Assembly (NCBI GenBank): GCA_004524545.1
Contig: SDNX01000030.1
Coordinates: forward strand, 1-25,974
Length of the DNA stretch: 25,974 bases
Direction of reading: 5' to 3'
DNA from: Promethearchaeota archaeon
GTDB lineage: Archaea; Asgardarchaeota; Lokiarchaeia; Sigyniarchaeales; Promethearchaeaceae
The first letter of the stretch is position 1, and each line of letters starts with the position of its first letter. Made by a program: the position numbers and the translations under genes. A model generated the notes under the pieces. That model did not search any database. It saw only the letters and a list, made by a program, of their open reading frames with translations, and was not told the DNA's origin. This document shows positions 16,833 through 24,169 of this stretch, piece after piece.

Positions 16833-17594
16833 TTAAAACACGAATGCAACTATATTAAGAATCTGGAATAGAACGATGTAGATCTTGGTAGTGTAGAGAA
16901 CAAATTTACTTTTCCATTCCGATTGACCAATAGACTGAACACTGTTTAGGGAACAGTACTCGGTCAACACGTTCCTATTGAGTTTTCTACACAGGAAAAA
17001 TAATGGGAAAAATATCAATGAGAAAATATACATAAAAGAACCTAATGATAGAGATTGGGCAAGATATACTGGATCAATAATGGAATTGGAATTTTTCCAT
17101 GGAAATGGAATTCCTCCTAACATGCTCCCGAATGTCCAATAAAACATCTCTTGTGATAATTGGACTATCCCAATCAAACATAAACGCTTCGCAAAGAGTG
17201 TTTTTGATGTGGTAAACAATGGTCTATACACGAACAAGGAAATTACTGCAACACTGCAAGCTCCACTTAAGGCGATAATTGCCCCTTGAATTCCATCAAT
17301 ATGCTCCCATGTGGCGGATATTCCTAAAAATACAAAATTAACTCGAGTAAATTCTCCTCCAAAAGCGATACAGGATAGGATATGGGCACTTTCATGAACA
17401 ATTGCTGTAATGAAATGAATCACAATAATCTTGAAAAAGAAAATTAAAATGAATCCCACCTTCTTTATGTGATCCCCATCATATGTGACTTTTTGATGAT
17501 TCTGGCCGGGAACCTCTAGAGTCATACTAAAACTAAAATTTTCACTTTCTCTATTATGGTCATAGACTAAGAATAAATGGGAAATAGATCCCAA
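16833..17594 (-). CDS. Polytopic membrane protein with an HExxH motif (putative zincin-type membrane metalloprotease, DUF3267/M50-like)
   Basis: Several hydrophobic helices. HESAH (17382-17396) lies at the end of the first helix. The track start at 17594 is TTG, and an ATG alternative exists at 17525 (MTLEVPG). Confidence 0.5.
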   Translation of the reverse strand: MGSISHLFLVYDHNRESENFSFSMTLEVPGQNHQKVTYDGDHIKKVGFILIFFFKIIVIHFITAIVHESAHILSCIAFGGEFTRVNFVFLGISATWEHIDGIQGAIIALSGACSVAVISLFVYRPLFTTSKTLFAKRLCLIGIVQLSQEMFYWTFGSMLGGIPFPWKNSNSIIDPVYLAQSLSLGSFMYIFSLIFFPLFFLCRKLNRNVLTEYCSLNSVQSIGQSEWKSKFVLYTTKIYIVLFQILNIVAFVF

Positions 17595-17664
17595 CTCCGT
17601 ATTAGAAGAATTCCAACTTTTTGTCGATCTGTAATATAGGATTTTCGCTCACCAAGTCGGGTAG

Positions 17665-17672
17665 TTTATAAA
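17665..17672 (+). promoter_or_regulatory. TATA box (tttataaa) for the 17701 operon
   Basis: The consensus-like archaeal TATA element is centred ~32 nt upstream of the ATG at 17701. There is no SD motif in between, which suggests a leaderless or near-leaderless mRNA. Confidence 0.4.
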
Positions 17673-17700
17673 GTGTTTTGAAAATATTACTTGTTTAGCC

Positions 17701-18486
17701 ATGGTTGATCAGATGTTGATCGCAGAACAATCCGAGGAAAACGCAGAAAAATTAAAGAATAAAAATGATGGAAAGTCTTCAAAACCAAAAAAAATCCCCA
17801 AACCGAAGAATTTAATTAATCAATCCCCATCAGAGTACGATTCAAAAGATGATTCAAAGATCCGGAATTCCACAACCCTTCGTTCGATTTTTAAAGATAT
17901 TCCTCTATTGGATATAGATAAAAACCCTCTAGTTAGGAAATCCATATCAATTGATGGCCAAGTATACAAATCTATCAAGCACATGAAAGATACAATGAGT
18001 CAAAAATCTCATGGACGATTCACATTTAACATGGTAATTCAGTCGCTTCTTCAAGATCATGTAGATTTACAGAACTTGCGATCAGAATTGACATTGATCA
18101 AAAAAGAAATGGAAGATACCCAGAACTACCTCAAAGAAATGCTCAAATTAGCACTCACGAATTCAAAACCTCAAGTTCAATATATTCCTGTTACAGGACA
18201 AGCACTTGTGGCTCCACCACCTCCCGCTCCACCTCGAAACCCTCTAAAGAAAATAAATTACACCCCTCCCAATACTGGTAATCTCATGAAAGACTACGTG
18301 AAAGAAATCAAACAGTTGTTCAGAGGAGAAATACTCCTACCCTCGGCTGTCGTAGACATTACAAAAGTAAAACACAAAGACTCTATAGTAAAAGAATTAG
18401 AGGAGGATTGTCTCATTCCGGATATTGAACTAGTTTCTGTTGCGAAAAATTTCAAACCGTTAATCGAAGAGGAATCCGATGTTTAA
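17701..18486 (+). CDS. Hypothetical protein with a lysine-rich N-terminus, a ribbon-helix-helix-like segment, a short coiled coil and a polyproline tract
   Basis: ATG start. Residues 78-120 (17932-18060), VRKSISIDGQVYKSIKHMKDT...GRFTFNMVIQSLLQDH, follow a strand-helix-helix (CopG/Arc-like) pattern. APPPPAPPRNPLKKI lies at 18211-18255. Confidence 0.55.
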   Translation: MVDQMLIAEQSEENAEKLKNKNDGKSSKPKKIPKPKNLINQSPSEYDSKDDSKIRNSTTLRSIFKDIPLLDIDKNPLVRKSISIDGQVYKSIKHMKDTMSQKSHGRFTFNMVIQSLLQDHVDLQNLRSELTLIKKEMEDTQNYLKEMLKLALTNSKPQVQYIPVTGQALVAPPPPAPPRNPLKKINYTPPNTGNLMKDYVKEIKQLFRGEILLPSAVVDITKVKHKDSIVKELEEDCLIPDIELVSVAKNFKPLIEEESDV

Positions 18487-18754
18487 AGAAATTGTAGGGA
18501 AACTTGAGGAGACAAGAGACACCGAGATTAAATTATTGATGAAAGAGAGTATTTTACATATTTTTCGAATAGTTCAACCTCCCTCTGTGACAAGTATTGC
18601 CACTAATGCCCGTTTAATTATGTCTGACACACATATGGAACTCAAAAAATGGATTGAGAATAATCGGGAACGATTCAAAAACCAAAGAAATCTATTTAGT
18701 GATTTTTTGCTACGAATCCAATCTTTGCAATTGAAAGTGAACCAATTAGGATAA
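18479..18754 (+). CDS. Small hypothetical protein (91 aa), translationally coupled to the upstream gene
   Basis: Its ATG overlaps the upstream 3' end by 8 nt (gATGTTTAA). GAGG lies 6 nt upstream (18469-18472). It is helical and basic, and I recognise no family. Confidence 0.45.
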   Translation: MFKEIVGKLEETRDTEIKLLMKESILHIFRIVQPPSVTSIATNARLIMSDTHMELKKWIENNRERFKNQRNLFSDFLLRIQSLQLKVNQLG

Positions 18755-18784
18755 AAGGAGAAAATAGGGAACAAAATTTTCGAT

Positions 18785-20023
18785 TTAGATGTCTATTACT
18801 TCAATATTTCCCTTTTCATCGATTTTGTGAATAATCAAAGGGGATTTTTTCGATTCATCGTTCCCATCAACTTTCATAATTTTCCGCATTAAGGATAAAA
18901 ATTCCATTGCATCCACGCAAGCTTCAGGTGGTAAAACTCCAGGTCCATTTTTGATCTTTCCTTTCAGCATTAATAACGCTCCCAATGCACATGGAATACC
19001 TGTGCCCTCTCCCATAGCTTGTCCTTTACCAGCTCCTTCAGAAACAAGGTAGAAAATATATTTTCGATCTAATCCCCGCTCATTTTTTCCTGATACAACA
19101 ATTTTCACACATCCTCGTTGCTCTCCAAAATTTGTCTCCTTGAGAATTTCGTCCCGTCTTTTAATGAGAAATTGTGTCGCAAAATCATGGGGGATAACAG
19201 GAACTCCATTCACAGTTATAGGGGCTCTAGAATCCATTCCCGCCCCGAAAATAGTTCTTGTAAGGTTATAATATTCTTCTGGAAGAACTGTCCCTTTGTT
19301 TGTGACTCTTTTCACTCCAGGGATCCATTTTGGCATGGTGATAGGTTCGGGATGGGGATAGGGGTAGACCTTATGTTTTCCCTCAATATTGATAAATTTA
19401 ATTTCTTCGGTATGGGCTTCACTTTCTTTTTGGGTGAGATTTAACATTTTTCCATCAATGAACATAGGGACATCTTGTTTCATACAATAAAATCGATGTC
19501 CAATTACACCCACTCCTTCCACGGGTTCTCCTCCATGAATGTGGAAAAGGTCTATAGATTCACATTCAGCCATAATGCTTTTTGTGGTTGCAGCAAACGC
19601 AGCCAGAACATTAGTTATTCCAGGGCTAGATCCCATTCCAATTAGTGCCGTAACCCCTTTTTCCTTAGCTTTCTCATCCAGTGCTAGTGCATCATATGTA
19701 GCACCTGTATCGTCACATACATCTACGTAATTAATGACCTCTTCAATCACCGTTTCAAGGATTTTCTTCTCGAATATATAATACGGTCCAATCGTATTTA
19801 CAACAACATCAGCACCTTGAATCGCATTTCGAATACTTTTTATATCATGTGCATCAACTTTGACTGCGGATACTTTCTCTCCTAAATTCTCTGCCATCTC
19901 CTTAGCAAGTTCGAGATTTATATCTGCAATAATAACTTTATCAACTTCCTTAGAGTCTGCAAGCGTTTTAACTGAATGACGACCCACGGCACCACATCCT
20001 CCAAGAACCACAATTTTACCCAT
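18785..20023 (-). CDS. Saccharopine dehydrogenase family NAD(P)-binding oxidoreductase
   Basis: MGKIVVLGGCGAVGRH Rossmann motif. The layout ...DKVIIADIN...GADVVVNTIGPYY...VDVCDD is typical of the saccharopine dehydrogenase N-terminal domain. The ~410 aa length fits the family. Confidence 0.85.
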   Translation of the reverse strand: MGKIVVLGGCGAVGRHSVKTLADSKEVDKVIIADINLELAKEMAENLGEKVSAVKVDAHDIKSIRNAIQGADVVVNTIGPYYIFEKKILETVIEEVINYVDVCDDTGATYDALALDEKAKEKGVTALIGMGSSPGITNVLAAFAATTKSIMAECESIDLFHIHGGEPVEGVGVIGHRFYCMKQDVPMFIDGKMLNLTQKESEAHTEEIKFINIEGKHKVYPYPHPEPITMPKWIPGVKRVTNKGTVLPEEYYNLTRTIFGAGMDSRAPITVNGVPVIPHDFATQFLIKRRDEILKETNFGEQRGCVKIVVSGKNERGLDRKYIFYLVSEGAGKGQAMGEGTGIPCALGALLMLKGKIKNGPGVLPPEACVDAMEFLSLMRKIMKVDGNDESKKSPLIIHKIDEKGNIEVIDI

Positions 20024-20076
20024 AGTCGGATCTCATTTTTGTTCATTATTAAACTATCATTCATTCCAAGATGAAA

Positions 20077-20086
20077 AAATTTAAAT
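20077..20086 (+). promoter_or_regulatory. TATA-like box (aaatttaaat) with a purine-rich BRE-like flank, upstream of the 5S rRNA
   Basis: Centred ~27 nt upstream of the predicted mature 5' end at 20110. It is preceded by gaaaaaa. Confidence 0.4.
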
Positions 20087-20109
20087 CAGAGGGAACGTTC
20101 TAACTTCTT

Positions 20110-20227
20110 GGGATCGTTCATACCTCATTTGGTCCATCCGTACCCATTCCGAACACGGTAATTAAGCTTTTGAGGGTCAACAGTAGTACTGCTTTCACCA
20201 GGAAGTGGGAATGGTTGAAATGATCCC
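20110..20227 (+). rRNA. 5S ribosomal RNA (about 118 nt), not linked to 16S/23S in this window
   Basis: Contains the conserved core cccattccgaacacgg(t/a)a(a/g)ttaagc and agtactg...gggaa. The terminal helix gggatcgtt / aatgatccc closes the molecule. Confidence 0.85.
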
Positions 20228-20252
20228 TTTAATTTTCTTTTCCATTATTTTC
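20228..20252 (+). terminator. T-rich tract after the 5S rRNA
   Basis: tttaattttcttttccattattttc follows directly after the 3' end of helix I. Confidence 0.4.
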
Positions 20253-20337
20253 CTTATAGATTGAGTTGCACGTTGAGAATTGCTTACTCCAACTCTTTTA
20301 TTGTATTTTGAAATGTTTTGACCCAAGAAGTACTGAT

Positions 20338-22449
20338 CTAAAATCCCCTATCTTTATACTTCTTAAAAATGAAATATCCTGCAAACCCCACTAGACCCAC
20401 ATTGACAATGATCAACAAGATGAGCGTATATGAAAAGGAAATCGTAAATCGCATTGAAGTTAACCATGATGTGTACACATAATTTTGGGCAAAATCATAC
20501 GCGTAAAGGATATAGGAATAGGTCCCTGGTCGTAATTGTGGTATTCTCCCATCTACCCTCAGAAGATCGACATTGTAGGGGATTTCATACAAACTGTAGG
20601 TCTTAAAATCATTTTCAGTTAAAACTACAATACCACATGCAATGGATCCGTATAGAGAATCGTTAACAGGAACCACGAATAGAATTTTATCATTAACAGT
20701 AGGTTTTTCAGGACCCGTTGCTACAAGTCCTGTAAAATACGGAATATTGGTATCATTTACTACATGAATTCCTCCGGTTTGGGGGATCATATTATGTGCC
20801 GTTATAGTGTAGGTATAATCTTGGGTTCCATTAGGAAGCATCACAGTTACTACGCCATTCTCATCTGCAGTATACCTATTGTATGCCTTATCCTCTCCAA
20901 CCAGAGTAATACGTGCATAGGGGACTGGATTTTCGTATTCATCTTGGATAATTCGTTCAATAACACTTCCTTCTTCATAGGTAGCCATTAAACCAAAAGT
21001 TTGATTTTGGAATCGTTTAGGATTTTGTGTGAAAATATCAACTTCAGGGTCACCTAGCAAATTATATGTCAGAACATTCTTGCGCTCCCATTCAATCTCA
21101 TGAATATTATAGGAATTCCCCCATTGAGGATTATTTTGTAACCAGACTGAATTAAGATACGATTTTCGCATTTCATTAAGAGTTTTTCCTTGTTGAGTGT
21201 GCCCACGCAAAAAGAATTCTTGGAAAAATAATCGTGCCATCCCTCGATTTAATTCGCAAAGACTACAAGAGCTATAGGTATCGTTCACGTAATAATAAGT
21301 TAAACGCATTGCACCAATATAGCCGATTGCTCCCCCACGTTCGTTTTTAATCATCGCCTCTCCCATGGAATTATCTGAAGGTTGAATATCGAACATATTG
21401 GTTGAACACGCATCTGCATATACTAAAGAGGGCATCTCATAGTTTTCTAAAATGTTCGCAGCGCTGGATGTAAAAATAGTTGTTCCAACTCCGTTAAATG
21501 AAGTGGGACTCCCATGACCTGCAAAAAATACCAAAGATTGTCCCAAATTGAATTCATTTCGGAAATCGGTTTGAGTTAAATTCGTTCCCCATTGTGTGGA
21601 TTCAGCACGTAAGGTGTGATTGATATTTCCTTGAACAGACTCTTCAATAATTTTATTAGCTAACCATACTTCTTGTTCTCCGTCCGTATCACCCGATGTC
21701 GGTAAATCTTGAATTGCAGCAGCCAAGAACATACTATTCATCCATTCTCCGGGATTCTGGACGGTTTCATAATACAAGGTTTTATTGATCATAGACTCGA
21801 TTTCTTCAACTGAATTACCTGGAAGCCTACCTACATGCACTTCGGGAATCCAATCAATTTCTTCTATCCTATTTTCTAGTGTTCCCTCTCCATAGATACC
21901 ATCTCCATCTTCATCCCATGTTCCCGTTAAATCTGCGTAGTAAAAATCGGTGGGTTTATACTCATCACTCCCCCCATTTTCGTAATAATTAGAGCCTGCC
22001 TCACGTAATACTCTGGTATCTGGATTATAAACCAACCGAGTTGGAATAAGATCGGTGTCTCCTACCAGTAACACCCATTCAATTCCATACAACTCGTAAT
22101 ATTCCTTAATGCAATTCCGTAATTTTTCTGCTTCATCCCTTCCTGAATATTCTAAGTATGTTGTTTTATTAATTATCTTAGAAGGAACTCCTTTTTGTGT
22201 TTTCCACTCAGAATAATTCGCAACTGCATTTTCATATCCATCAGGAACAATAAATAACATGTCAATCTGTTCTTCATACCATTCTTCTCGGTATCCTGGG
22301 TTGATTTCTTCTAGAATAGATTGATGAATTTCTTCGTAATCTATATTTGATTGCCCATATGCGAAATTAATTTGGTTAACTGAAACAGAGCCAATAAGAC
22401 TGATAAAAAGAACCCCTAGTACGATTGATTTAATCCAAACTCTCTTCAC
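20338..22449 (-). CDS. Secreted, C-terminally membrane-anchored clan CD cysteine peptidase (C25 / gingipain-like)
   Basis: GTG start followed by a signal peptide (KRVWIKSIVLGVLFISLIGSVSV). LLVGDTDLIP, a His in FFAGHGSP (H312, 21514-21516) and a Cys in VYADACST (C348, 21406-21408) are spaced 36 aa apart, as in the gingipain His/Cys dyad. The C-terminal TM helix has a basic tail (LILLIIVNVGLVGFAGYFIFKKYKDRGF). Confidence 0.7.
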   Translation of the reverse strand: MKRVWIKSIVLGVLFISLIGSVSVNQINFAYGQSNIDYEEIHQSILEEINPGYREEWYEEQIDMLFIVPDGYENAVANYSEWKTQKGVPSKIINKTTYLEYSGRDEAEKLRNCIKEYYELYGIEWVLLVGDTDLIPTRLVYNPDTRVLREAGSNYYENGGSDEYKPTDFYYADLTGTWDEDGDGIYGEGTLENRIEEIDWIPEVHVGRLPGNSVEEIESMINKTLYYETVQNPGEWMNSMFLAAAIQDLPTSGDTDGEQEVWLANKIIEESVQGNINHTLRAESTQWGTNLTQTDFRNEFNLGQSLVFFAGHGSPTSFNGVGTTIFTSSAANILENYEMPSLVYADACSTNMFDIQPSDNSMGEAMIKNERGGAIGYIGAMRLTYYYVNDTYSSCSLCELNRGMARLFFQEFFLRGHTQQGKTLNEMRKSYLNSVWLQNNPQWGNSYNIHEIEWERKNVLTYNLLGDPEVDIFTQNPKRFQNQTFGLMATYEEGSVIERIIQDEYENPVPYARITLVGEDKAYNRYTADENGVVTVMLPNGTQDYTYTITAHNMIPQTGGIHVVNDTNIPYFTGLVATGPEKPTVNDKILFVVPVNDSLYGSIACGIVVLTENDFKTYSLYEIPYNVDLLRVDGRIPQLRPGTYSYILYAYDFAQNYVYTSWLTSMRFTISFSYTLILLIIVNVGLVGFAGYFIFKKYKDRGF

Positions 22450-22543
22450 AATAGCGCAACCCTTTAGGATTATAATATTATGAACAATCCGTCTATTTTT
22501 AGTTTATTCTTTTAGTAGAAATACCATATTGTTGTGGAAATGT

Positions 22544-23722
22544 CTAAGTGTAATCAAAGATCACTTTTATCGCATGCGATTTACTTTTATTTTCTAGGGC
22601 ACTGTATGCATCTTTGTAAGCATGAAGAGGAAATCGATGTGTGACAATATTTTCAAACAATTCGGTATGTTCTGACATATATTTAATTCCAAATTCATAG
22701 GGATCAATGACTTTCCCTTCAAATTCTCCAATACTTTGCAGAAAACTTCCGGTGATTTCCACTTCCTTGTACACTTGAACAGCCCAATCAACTTTCTTCG
22801 TGATAGAGAATCCCATTCCGATCAACACAATTTTTCCTCCTGAGCGAATAATATGAAAAGCATCTTCTACTGACGACTCTGTTGCTACAGTATCATATAT
22901 TATGTCAGGACCTTTCGTACCATAAATGTAAGGTTTACGCATCAACGGATTCACCACTAAAGCATCATATTTTTCGGCAACATCTCTGTAAAATTTCGAT
23001 TTGTCTGGCGTACTGAAAAGAACCTCATCAGCACCTAATTGTTTCGCAACTTCCGCTTGATGGGGGTATCGAACAATAGAGGAGATTTTGGATTTTTTAT
23101 GTAAAGCTCGGATAGCTGCTATCGTCATTAAACCAATGGTTCCTGCTCCCATGACTATTATAGAATCAGAATCTGAGGGCAAATTTCTAAGAACTGCATG
23201 TAATGCAACGGTGAATGGTTCCATGAGGACTGCTATATGATTTGGGATATTGTCGGGTACTTTATACAAATTTTTCTCAAAAGCAATAAAATATTCCGCA
23301 TACCCTCCATAAATCTGCCCTCTATATGGTTTGAAGGATTCTTCTCTATCAGACTTGTCTCCTCTCCCAACTAACGTATAACAATGCTGCCAATCTCCTC
23401 TTTGACAACTTGGGCAAAGGGAAAATCCATATGATTTGCAATGTACTGTCGGATTGAGAATCACCCTATCTCCTACAGAGAAAAAAGAGTTTTTTTTCGT
23501 TTTTTCTACTATACCAACGACTTCATGACCAATTGGAGCTGGATTTAATGGACTGGATAGTATGCTTGCATAATATGACATATCTAGCTTAACTTGATGG
23601 ATATCCGACCCGCAAATTCCTGAATTAAGTGTCTTCACTAAAACTTGATTATCATGGGTGATTTTCGGTTTCGGCCAATCTTCCTTGTATTTGAATGTGA
23701 GAAATTTTGGCGCTAACTTCAT
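22544..23722 (-). CDS. Zinc-dependent medium-chain dehydrogenase/reductase (threonine/sorbitol dehydrogenase-like)
   Basis: GICGSDIH, GHEVVG, a structural-zinc Cys cluster (C-x8-C-x2-C-x7-C in CKSYGFSLCPSCQRGDWQHC) and the GAGTIGL Rossmann motif. The track start at 23779 is TTG. ATGs lie at 23773, 23746 and 23722. The start at 23722 (MKLAPKF) gives the family-typical spacing to GICGSD. Confidence 0.85.
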   Translation of the reverse strand: MKLAPKFLTFKYKEDWPKPKITHDNQVLVKTLNSGICGSDIHQVKLDMSYYASILSSPLNPAPIGHEVVGIVEKTKKNSFFSVGDRVILNPTVHCKSYGFSLCPSCQRGDWQHCYTLVGRGDKSDREESFKPYRGQIYGGYAEYFIAFEKNLYKVPDNIPNHIAVLMEPFTVALHAVLRNLPSDSDSIIVMGAGTIGLMTIAAIRALHKKSKISSIVRYPHQAEVAKQLGADEVLFSTPDKSKFYRDVAEKYDALVVNPLMRKPYIYGTKGPDIIYDTVATESSVEDAFHIIRSGGKIVLIGMGFSITKKVDWAVQVYKEVEITGSFLQSIGEFEGKVIDPYEFGIKYMSEHTELFENIVTHRFPLHAYKDAYSALENKSKSHAIKVIFDYT

Positions 23723-23983
23723 CTTGCTCAGTATAATTTTCCACATCTTCAAATCAAAATATATTCCTCTCATATACAATCATCTTTCATTACGTCTAGA
23801 ACAATTAGAAATGGAAACAGTCTAATGCAACTTGATTCAAACTATTATAAAATCCTTGCATCCATATTCTCAATTTCGATCTCTAAGTGCGACCATTGTC
23901 ACCTATGAGATGAGAAAAGATTATTAGTTTGTTTAAATAGTGTTTTAATACCACTTTAGTAAGTGTTTTATTCCCACGTTCAA

Positions 23984-24059
23984 GCTTCCGTGGCTTAGTG
24001 GCTATAGCAGCTGACTTGTAATCAGCAGGTCGAGGGTTCAAATCCCTCCGGGAGCTCCA
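23984..24059 (+). tRNA. tRNA-Thr(UGU): tRNA-Thr (anticodon UGU), 76 nt with genomically encoded CCA
   Basis: I folded it by hand. The acceptor stem gcttccg/cgggagc has one G-U pair. U8 and A14 are present. The D stem is gct(t)/(t)agc. The anticodon stem is gctga/tcagc with loop c-t-TGT-a-a. The variable loop is aggtc and the T arm is gaggg-ttcaaat-ccctc. The discriminator is U73, followed by CCA. Confidence 0.93.
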
Positions 24060-24075
24060 TTTTCTTACTTTTTTT
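24060..24075 (+). terminator. Oligo-T tract after the tRNA
   Basis: ttttcttacttttttt starts immediately after the encoded CCA. Confidence 0.4.
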
Positions 24076-24169
24076 AGTATTCTGTCATTGTCCATTTAGA
24101 TCATTATAAATTTCTAATTCTTCCGGTATTTTTAATTCATCAAACCAAACTGTTAATATTCGCACGGGT

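Noticed and set aside
18211-18255. Reading PPPPAPPRNPLKKI as a bona fide WH2 actin-binding motif.
   Set aside because: The amphipathic helix that precedes LKKV in WH2 domains is missing. I kept only the polyproline observation, as a low-confidence note.
11921-22791. Remaining short antisense or nested track ORFs (11921-12163, 15865-16059, 16285-16509, 18574-18774, 19118-19444, 19539-19730, 20764-20991, 22594-22791).
   Set aside because: They are shadow ORFs or out-of-frame nested ORFs within supported genes.
23883-24095. A 70-aa minus-strand ORF in the track (…RRDLNPRPADYKSAAIATKPRKL…).
   Set aside because: It is the antisense read-through of the tRNA-Thr gene and its flanks. The tRNA fold explains the region.
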